The notes beneath the pieces are model-generated. The model worked only from the letters and a program-made list of their open reading frames with translations, searched no databases and had not been told where the DNA came from. Made by a program: the position numbers and the translations under genes. Below are positions 31,054 through 40,419 of a stretch of 40,419 nt of DNA, piece after piece. Position 1 is the first letter of the stretch, and the number at the start of each line of letters is the position of its first letter. Source of the stretch: an uncultured Gammaproteobacteria bacterium. Its GTDB lineage: Bacteria; Patescibacteriota; Patescibacteriia; Patescibacteriales; CAZTIC01. The stretch spans positions 1 through 40,419 of the forward strand of contig CAZTIC010000003.1 in assembly GCA_964613625.1 (NCBI GenBank). The letters are read 5' to 3'.

Positions 31054-32466
31054 TTATTTTAATCTCTTCCTCATTCTCATATGTTCATCCTGAATATTAT
31101 CCTGAAGTCTACTTTCGTCTATTAATTGGTGGATTCTATTTTTTATTATAAATTCTCCATTTATCATAAGGTCTCTGACAGTGCGACCATTATGGGTGAT
31201 AATATTTCCTAGTAATGTAATTGGATTATTTTCGTCATATGGTATGAACCCTCTATCTTTTAGTTTCCAAAATATTAAATCAGCTTTCATACCAGGTTGT
31301 ATTTTGCCTCTATCAGACATATTTAGAACTCGAGCTCCATTTATTGTCATCATCCTAAAAAGATAACTAAATTTTAAGGTTTTTTTATACAAATGCGTTA
31401 AACGAGCCTGGTATGCTTCGGTTAAAATATCTAATCTATTTTTACTCACCACACTGTCAGTGCCAAGCGAAATATTTTTGAATCCTTTAGCCTCGATAAA
31501 GTCCCAAATAGGAAAAACGCCACTTTTGTGAATTGCATTTGATGTGGGTAGATGAGCTATGCCGACGTTATTTTTTGACATTAAGTTTATATCTTTTTTA
31601 TCGACATGTAATACATGAGAGGCGATCGATCTATTGTTTAGTAGTCCAACTTTTTTCATGAGCATGGTTTCGTTTAATCCGTGTTTTTTTATAGTTTCTT
31701 TTGCCACAAAAGGACTTTCAGCCATATGAAAAGTTACAAGCGCGTCATATTTTTCAGATAGATCTCTTATTTTTTCTAAAATATTAATTGGGGTTTTGTA
31801 TAGATAATGTAGAGAGATAGCAGGAGTAGAGTGATATGAATTTTGTTGTTTTAGAATTTTTTCAACCATTTTTGGATTATTGCTTGGTCGAGAGTTGCTT
31901 ACAGCACTAACAGCGTTAAATAAATTATGATGGCTAGCCTTTGATGCTATTTCGTGTGCTTGAAAACTTGGTCCATGAGTGAGCGTAGTGGTGATTCCAT
32001 TTTTTTGTTGTTCCGTCAGATCACCAATTGATGCAATAGCAAGAGAGCTATCAGTTTCATTTTTTTGCCATTTTGCCATTTCGTTAATAGTGCTATCAAC
32101 TTCTTGCCCCTCGTCTAGCATCATTGCACTACGCAGTAAGTACATATGAATGTGAGCATGAGTGTTTATAAGTCCTGGCATAACAACTGTTCCACCTCGT
32201 TTTCCAGCGTCATAGACTAAATCATATTTGGATTGATTGAATTTTTTAGATGGGATTACGGCTGTAATTATTTCATCTTTTATTTCGATGGAATAATTTT
32301 TTAGCGTTTTTATTTTGTCTTGTTCATCACAAGTAAAAATAAAAGGTATATTGTGAACAAGTATTTTCTTGTATTTTTCCTTGTTGATAATATAACGGCT
32401 GTGTTCTTTGTTTTCTTTGGTCTTAATTTTGGTGGGTTTTAATTTTTTAAATAAAGTATTGCTCAT
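31054..32466 (-). CDS. Metal-dependent amidohydrolase (TRZ/ATZ, nucleobase/nucleoside deaminase-like)
   Basis: 470 aa with the HxH metal site in PGLINTHAHIHMY, then a later HMAES and GTDS. It sits next to guaA/guaB, which is compatible with a purine deaminase role, but the substrate is not determinable here. Confidence 0.7.
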   Translation of the reverse strand: MSNTLFKKLKPTKIKTKENKEHSRYIINKEKYKKILVHNIPFIFTCDEQDKIKTLKNYSIEIKDEIITAVIPSKKFNQSKYDLVYDAGKRGGTVVMPGLINTHAHIHMYLLRSAMMLDEGQEVDSTINEMAKWQKNETDSSLAIASIGDLTEQQKNGITTTLTHGPSFQAHEIASKASHHNLFNAVSAVSNSRPSNNPKMVEKILKQQNSYHSTPAISLHYLYKTPINILEKIRDLSEKYDALVTFHMAESPFVAKETIKKHGLNETMLMKKVGLLNNRSIASHVLHVDKKDINLMSKNNVGIAHLPTSNAIHKSGVFPIWDFIEAKGFKNISLGTDSVVSKNRLDILTEAYQARLTHLYKKTLKFSYLFRMMTINGARVLNMSDRGKIQPGMKADLIFWKLKDRGFIPYDENNPITLLGNIITHNGRTVRDLMINGEFIIKNRIHQLIDESRLQDNIQDEHMRMRKRLK

Positions 32467-32479
32467 ATTTTAGTTGTTA

Positions 32480-32513
32480 TTTCCGTCCAAGGCGGATTCG
32501 CCTTGGACGGAAA
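32480..32513. terminator. 15-bp perfect hairpin, CCAAGGCGGAT family (between two minus-strand genes)
   Basis: TTTCCGTCCAAGGCG-gatt-CGCCTTGGACGGAAA. Confidence 0.65.
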
Positions 32514-32521
32514 TTATTTAT

Positions 32522-35881
<3,360 letters not shown>

Positions 35882-35903
35882 AATAATGTCTGGAAAAAAC
35901 AAA

Positions 35904-35930
35904 TTAGCACTCTCTTGACACGAGTGCTAA
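35904..35930. promoter_or_regulatory. CIRCE operator (HrcA binding site)
   Basis: TTAGCACTC-tcttgacac-GAGTGCTAA is a perfect match to the CIRCE consensus TTAGCACTC-N9-GAGTGCTAA. Confidence 0.92.
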
Positions 35931-35942
35931 TTTTGTTATAAT
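35915..35942 (+). promoter_or_regulatory. Promoter: TTGACA-16-TATAAT, overlapping CIRCE
   Basis: TTGACA (35915-35920) lies within the CIRCE spacer. TATAAT lies at 35937-35942. Confidence 0.7.
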
Positions 35943-35968
35943 TACTATTAAGTTAAAATTTTGAATAA

Positions 35969-36649
35969 ATGGACGATAGAAAGCAGGAAATACTTAATAT
36001 AATAATAAAAGAACATATTAAAACAGGTGCGCCAGTCGGGTCTTCTATTGTTGTAGATAGGTACAAATCAGATATATCTTCAGCTACTATCAGAAATGAA
36101 ATGTCTAGTTTGGAAAATGATGATTATATTATTCAGCCACATACTTCAGCTGGAAGAGTACCGACTGAAAAAGCGTATAGGCTGTATCTAGATAATTTGA
36201 AAGAAAAAAAAGTGAATGATCAAAATGCTAAAATCTTGGATCAGAATCTCAGTAAGGCAGATGAAGATAGTTTTAAAAAAACCGCTAAAGAATTAGCAAG
36301 ATTATCAGGCAATGCAGTATTTTGGGCAATACATAAAAATAATTTATATTATACAGGGATATCAAATTTATTAACTCAACCAGAATTTATTCAGACTAAT
36401 TTAATTTTAGATATATCTGCTGTTATCGATAGAGTGGATGAGATTATTAGTGAAATATTCGAAGACATAAAAGAGGAGCCGGAAATATTAGTTGGCTCCA
36501 CAAATCCTTTTGGAAATTTCTGTAGTACCATTATAGTAAAGTATAAAAAAGATGATAATATTGGCTTATTTGGAATACTTGGTCCGATGAGAATGGATTA
36601 TGAAAATAATTTAGCATTAGTAAATTATATAAAAGGGAAATTAACATAG
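35969..36649 (+). CDS. hrcA: Heat-inducible transcription repressor HrcA (short form, 226 aa)
   Basis: The N-terminal winged helix is GAPVGSSIVVDRY...SSATIRNEMSSLENDDYIIQPHTSAGRVPTEKAYRLYLD. It is preceded by CIRCE. Confidence 0.85.
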   Translation: MDDRKQEILNIIIKEHIKTGAPVGSSIVVDRYKSDISSATIRNEMSSLENDDYIIQPHTSAGRVPTEKAYRLYLDNLKEKKVNDQNAKILDQNLSKADEDSFKKTAKELARLSGNAVFWAIHKNNLYYTGISNLLTQPEFIQTNLILDISAVIDRVDEIISEIFEDIKEEPEILVGSTNPFGNFCSTIIVKYKKDDNIGLFGILGPMRMDYENNLALVNYIKGKLT

Positions 36650-36669
36650 AGACGCATAGCAATGCGTCT
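36650..36669. repeat. GC-rich hairpin directly after the hrcA stop
   Basis: AGACGCAT-agca-ATGCGTCT, with no T-run. Confidence 0.6.
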
Positions 36670-36690
36670 GTACGGATAATTTAAAAAATT

Positions 36691-37518
36691 ATGAGTGAGA
36701 AACAAGAAAATATAAGACCAATTGTAGGTGCTTTTATTTTTAATGAAAAAGAGGAATTGTTTTTAATGAAATCACCCAAGCGGCACGATAAATATGTTTG
36801 TCCGGGTGGAGGAGTGGATTTAGGAGAATCCCTGGAAGATGCTGTTATTCGAGAAATAAAAGAAGAAACAAATATAGATATTAAAGATATAGAATTTTTG
36901 GGAGTAGACGAAGATGTTAATCTTGGCAATGATGTTTATACTAAAAAAGAAAGTCATTTAATATTTTTTGATTACAGGGCAGTTGTTAAGAAAAATAATA
37001 AAATTATTTTAAATGAAGAAGCTGCTGATTATAAATGGTTAAAACCAGAAGAATGGATTAAACGCGGTAATTTGGGTCGGCCTACAGAAAAATCAATTAA
37101 AAAATATTTAATAGAAAAAAAAGAAGGTTTTGAAGGTCAGTATAAACGTGCATTGGCTGATTATCAAAATTTACTGAAGCAATCTGCTAAAGAAAGAGAA
37201 GAATTTGTAAAATATGCTAATGAGCAGTTAATATTAGAAATAATTCCAGTTTATAATAATCTAAAAATTTCGCTAGAACACGTAGATAAGACAGTTGAAA
37301 AAAATGGTTGGCTCGAAGGAGTAAAGTTTGTAACTAAGCAGTTCAAAGATATTTTAAATAATCTGGGAGTAAAGGAAATTGAAACTAAAGGAAAAAAGTT
37401 TGATCCAAGTATTATGGAAGCATTGGAAGGTAAAGGCAAGAAGGTAAAAAAAGAAGTAATGCCAGGGTATATACTCAAGGAAAAAGTGATAATGCCCGCT
37501 AAAGTTATTTTAGAATAA
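36691..37518 (+). CDS. grpE: NUDIX hydrolase domain fused to nucleotide exchange factor GrpE
   Basis: 275 aa. Residues ~8-135 carry a Nudix fold with the box GGVDLGESLEDAVIREIKEETNI. Residues ~150-275 carry GrpE signatures (RALADYQNLLKQSAKEREE, IIPVYNNLKISLEH, GKKFDPSIMEAL, PGYILKEKVIMPAKVIL). No Met lies between residue 26 and the GrpE core. Confidence 0.85.
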   Translation: MSEKQENIRPIVGAFIFNEKEELFLMKSPKRHDKYVCPGGGVDLGESLEDAVIREIKEETNIDIKDIEFLGVDEDVNLGNDVYTKKESHLIFFDYRAVVKKNNKIILNEEAADYKWLKPEEWIKRGNLGRPTEKSIKKYLIEKKEGFEGQYKRALADYQNLLKQSAKEREEFVKYANEQLILEIIPVYNNLKISLEHVDKTVEKNGWLEGVKFVTKQFKDILNNLGVKEIETKGKKFDPSIMEALEGKGKKVKKEVMPGYILKEKVIMPAKVILE

Positions 37519-37540
37519 TTTTAAAATTAATAATAAAAAT

Positions 37541-37969
37541 ATGTCATTAATAAAATGGAGACCAATATTTGATAATTTTGAGGATATGGATAAAATGTTC
37601 TCAGAGTTTATGCCTGTAGCAAAAAATTCAGTCGCAGATTTTACTCCAGCTATAGATATGTATGAAGACAAAGAGAATGTTATTGTTGAAACGCAATTAG
37701 CTGGAATTGATCCAGAAAAAGTAAGTATTTCAATTGATAATGATGTTCTCTCTATAAAAGGAGAGAGTGAGAAGCGTAGCGAAGTAGAAGATAAAAATTA
37801 TTATAGAAAAGAAATAAGAAGAGGAGGTTTTTATAGAAGTATTCCATTGCCAGCTCATGTTTTGGGTAACAAAGCTGTTGCTGAAGCTAATGATGGAGTC
37901 TTGAAGATATCTATTCCAAAGGCATCAGCTAAACAGCCAAAGAAAATTGAAATAAAAACTAAGAAGTAA
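37541..37969 (+). CDS. Small heat-shock protein, Hsp20/alpha-crystallin family
   Basis: 142 aa with the alpha-crystallin domain (PAIDMYEDKENVIVETQLAGIDPEKVSISIDNDVLSIKGE ... GVLKISIPK). Confidence 0.9.
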   Translation: MSLIKWRPIFDNFEDMDKMFSEFMPVAKNSVADFTPAIDMYEDKENVIVETQLAGIDPEKVSISIDNDVLSIKGESEKRSEVEDKNYYRKEIRRGGFYRSIPLPAHVLGNKAVAEANDGVLKISIPKASAKQPKKIEIKTKK

Positions 37970-37980
37970 AAGTAAAAATA

Positions 37981-38007
37981 TCCGCCCAAGGCGGATCAGC
38001 CTTGGGC
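37981..38007. terminator. Hairpin of the CCAAGGCGGAT family after hsp20
   Basis: GCCCAAGGC-ggatca-GCCTTGGGC forms a 9-bp stem. An alternative pairing is TCCGCC-caa-GGCGGA. No strong T-run follows. Confidence 0.5.
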
Positions 38008-38058
38008 TGAAAAACTAAGAAAAAATAAATTAAATATAATTATTAATAAAAAAATATT

Positions 38059-39042
38059 ATGTCTTCACGAATAAATAGTGTAAATGTGACTGTAAAAAAA
38101 GACGCTCCTAAAGAAAAGGCAGCGCGTAAAAAGAAAACAGTAAAGAAAAAAACAGTTTCAAGAAAACAAGTTAGCTTGACTCAGGATGTTCCTCCGAAGA
38201 TTGGTGCTAGTAAATCTAGTAATCAATTTGCGAGTTTGTTAATCTCAATAATTATCACCGCTATTGTAGTGGGTGGAGGAATATCTGTTATTCAAAAATT
38301 AATTAGCTCCAAAAACGTAATGGAAGCTAAAAATGAAACAGAAAGCGTGAAGTCAGAATTTCAGTCAAAGCTTGAAGAGTTAAAAAATAAACTTCAAGGT
38401 ACAGAAAGTGAAAACGAAGAATTAAAAAATAAAAAGGAAAAATTAGCTCAAATTTTGAGTAAAGCAAAAACTGAATATATAAATCAAGATTTAGGGATTA
38501 GTTTTTCTTATCCTGCTAGTTTTGGTGATGTGACTGTTGCTTATGAAAACGGGGATGCTGGGAGAAACTTCATAGGAAGTTTCTCAGATTTTGATAAGCT
38601 TGTTTTTGGAGGAGTAACAGAAGATTATAGCGTCATAAGAAAATTAGAATTAATCGATACTCAAGGATATCGAGTGAGAAGCGGGAAATATTATTTCAAG
38701 TCAATTGGCGAGGGGCCAGATCTATATGAATTTGAGCCATTTAAGATTTTAGAAGTAGATAATACTGAAATTCCAGTGATTGATAAAGAGGATTTTTTAG
38801 TAAAAGAGGATAGTGGTTTGACTTTTGATGAGGTTATAGCAGATGAATCTGTAATCACTGAAGTTTCGGTGGACAAAGAAAGAAATAGAATCCTTGCATT
38901 GGTAAATTTGGAAGGAGAAGAATTCACTGGAATGGCTTTCTTGGATAATAATACAGAGGCTTTACCATTAAGTAATTTTGAAGTAATATTGAGTTCAATA
39001 ATTATAAATGAGCCAGTGATAGATAGTGAAATAGTGGAATAG
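38059..39042 (+). CDS. Hypothetical bitopic membrane protein with a Lys-rich N-terminus and a coiled coil
   Basis: 327 aa with a basic N-terminus (KKDAPKEKAARKKKTVKKKTV), one TM helix (FASLLISIIITAIVVGGGISVI), a coiled coil (SKLEELKNKLQGTESENEELKNKKEKL), then an unassigned ~190-aa domain. Confidence 0.6.
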   Translation: MSSRINSVNVTVKKDAPKEKAARKKKTVKKKTVSRKQVSLTQDVPPKIGASKSSNQFASLLISIIITAIVVGGGISVIQKLISSKNVMEAKNETESVKSEFQSKLEELKNKLQGTESENEELKNKKEKLAQILSKAKTEYINQDLGISFSYPASFGDVTVAYENGDAGRNFIGSFSDFDKLVFGGVTEDYSVIRKLELIDTQGYRVRSGKYYFKSIGEGPDLYEFEPFKILEVDNTEIPVIDKEDFLVKEDSGLTFDEVIADESVITEVSVDKERNRILALVNLEGEEFTGMAFLDNNTEALPLSNFEVILSSIIINEPVIDSEIVE

Positions 39043-39090
39043 TAAAAAAGTAAATAGTTAATATTTTTAAATTAATAATATAATCATAAA

Positions 39091-39145
39091 TCGTTATACG
39101 TCTGCCTGCCGGTAGGCAGGTTATGCGTTGCGAGTTATGCGATAT
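39091..39145 (+). repeat. Degenerate CGTTAYG-type repeats flanking a GC hairpin upstream of dnaK
   Basis: TCGTTATACG precedes the hairpin CCTGCC-ggta-GGCAGG (39105-39120), followed by TTATGCGTTGCGAGTTATGCGAT. The repeats are related to the heptamers at 20997 and 26492. Confidence 0.55.
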
Positions 39146-39152
39146 AAAAGAT

Positions 39153-40419
39153 ATGAGTAAAATTTTAGGAATTGATCTTGGAACCACAAATTCAGCCATG
39201 GCAATCATAGAGGGGGGTCAACCAAAGATATTAGAGAATGCGGAGGGAAATAGAACCACACCTTCAGTTGTAGCTATTTCAAAAAATGGTGAGAGATTAG
39301 TAGGTCAAACTGCAAAAAGGCAGGCAGTTACAAATCCAGAAAATACAGTTTATGCTGTAAAACGTCTTATTGGCCGTAAATTTAACGATGAAGAGGTTCA
39401 AAAAGATTTAAAGAATTCACCATTTAAAATTGTTCAAGCAGGAGAGGGAGTAAAAGTAGCTATGAACGGAAAAGAATATTCTCCTCAAGAGGTATCAGCT
39501 ATGATTTTGTCAAAATTAAAAGCAGATGCCGAAGCTAAAATCGGAGAAAAAATAACTGAAGCTGTTATTACTGTGCCGGCTTATTTTAATGACTCTCAAA
39601 GGCAAGCCACAAAAGACGCTGGTAAGATTGCCGGACTTGAAGTGAAACGTATTATTAACGAACCGACTGCGGCGGCCTTGGCCTATGGTTTTGACAAGAA
39701 AAAAGGTCAACAGATCGCAGTGTATGATCTTGGTGGTGGTACTTTTGATATCTCTATATTAGACGTATCTGAGGATACAGTAGAAGTGAAATCAACCAAT
39801 GGAAATACTCATTTGGGTGGAGAAGATTTTGATCAAATAATCATTGGTTGGATAATTGATGAGTTTAAAAAAGATCAAGGAATTGATCTAGGTAAAGATA
39901 CTCTAGCTCTTCAACGTATCAAAGAGGCAGCTGAAAAAGCCAAGATTGAATTATCTACAACCATGGAAACTGAAATTAACCAACCATTTATAACTACTGG
40001 TGAAGACGGTCCGAAGCATCTTGTAATGAAAATGACTCGTTCAAAATTGGAGGAATTAGTAGGTGAATTAGTAGAGAAAACAATTGAGCCATGTAGGGCA
40101 GCTTTGAAAGACGCCGGATTTGATGTGAAGGATATCGAGGAGGTAGTGATGGTTGGTGGTATGACTCGAATGCCCTTGGTACAAAGTAAAATCAAAGAAT
40201 TTTTTGAAAAGGAGCCAAATCTTGGTGTGAATCCTGATGAAGTAGTAGCGATGGGAGCTGCTGTGCAAGCTGGTGTTTTGCAAGGAGATGTGAAGGATGT
40301 TTTGCTTTTAGATGTAACACCATTAACTCTTGGTATCGAGACATTAGGTGGTGTTTCTAGTCCTTTGATTGATAGAAATACAACTATCCCAACATCCAAA
40401 TCTCAGACATTTTCAACTG
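39153..40419 (+). CDS. dnaK: Molecular chaperone DnaK (Hsp70), 3'-truncated by the window end
   Basis: My own translation from ATG 39153 gives [41 protein letters not shown]..., then [20 protein letters not shown] and [12 protein letters not shown]. It is open to the end of the window and absent from the track because it has no stop. Confidence 0.97.
   Translation, partial: MSKILGIDLGTTNSAMAIIEGGQPKILENAEGNRTTPSVVAISKNGERLVGQTAKRQAVTNPENTVYAVKRLIGRKFNDEEVQKDLKNSPFKIVQAGEGVKVAMNGKEYSPQEVSAMILSKLKADAEAKIGEKITEAVITVPAYFNDSQRQATKDAGKIAGLEVKRIINEPTAAALAYGFDKKKGQQIAVYDLGGGTFDISILDVSEDTVEVKSTNGNTHLGGEDFDQIIIGWIIDEFKKDQGIDLGKDTLALQRIKEAAEKAKIELSTTMETEINQPFITTGEDGPKHLVMKMTRSKLEELVGELVEKTIEPCRAALKDAGFDVKDIEEVVMVGGMTRMPLVQSKIKEFFEKEPNLGVNPDEVVAMGAAVQAGVLQGDVKDVLLLDVTPLTLGIETLGGVSSPLIDRNTTIPTSKSQTFST

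Noticed and set aside
39911-40399. 162-aa and 71-aa minus-strand ORFs
   Set aside because: They are antisense to the unmistakable dnaK reading frame, which is missing from the track only because it has no stop codon in the window.

Overview
This is an AT-rich (about one-third GC by eye), tightly packed bacterial chromosomal segment. Its content is almost entirely housekeeping genes: murE-like ligase, rpoB-rpoC, secA, secD-secF, proS, mreB-mreC-mreD-PBP2, guaA/guaB (divergent), and an hrcA-grpE-hsp20-(unknown)-dnaK heat-shock cluster with a perfect CIRCE operator. It also carries a FemAB-family gene, several NUDIX/MazG house-cleaning enzymes and a Xer-type tyrosine recombinase. The low GC, weak Shine-Dalgarno usage, trimmed enzymes (ProRS without the editing insertion, short HrcA) and odd domain fusions suggest a reduced-genome, CPR/Patescibacteria-like organism. 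That assignment is inference only, since no database search was possible. I found no rRNA, tRNA or CRISPR array.

Four things deserve a second look:
1. In the first ~1.4 kb, six alternating-orientation 11-mers (ATTTYRYATAA) resemble the XerD arm of dif. They lie directly upstream of the Xer-like recombinase and bracket a membrane-protein cassette with ~70-bp inverted repeats and a GC-rich multi-hairpin module that ends in a plus-strand intrinsic terminator.
2. There are two unusual fusions: NUDIX-GrpE inside the CIRCE/HrcA operon, and a SecD whose periplasmic head carries about 230 aa of parvulin-type PPIase modules.
3. Several families of GC-rich palindromic mini-repeats sit at operon boundaries. 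Their stems change in a compensatory way, and copies appear to be inserted in frame in the FemAB-like gene and in secA.
4. A probable leaderless 24-codon Pro-rich ORF with a terminator/antiterminator pair lies upstream of a zinc-ribbon ORF and proS.

All protein calls rest on motif recognition in the supplied translations. All coordinates for non-coding elements were counted by hand.
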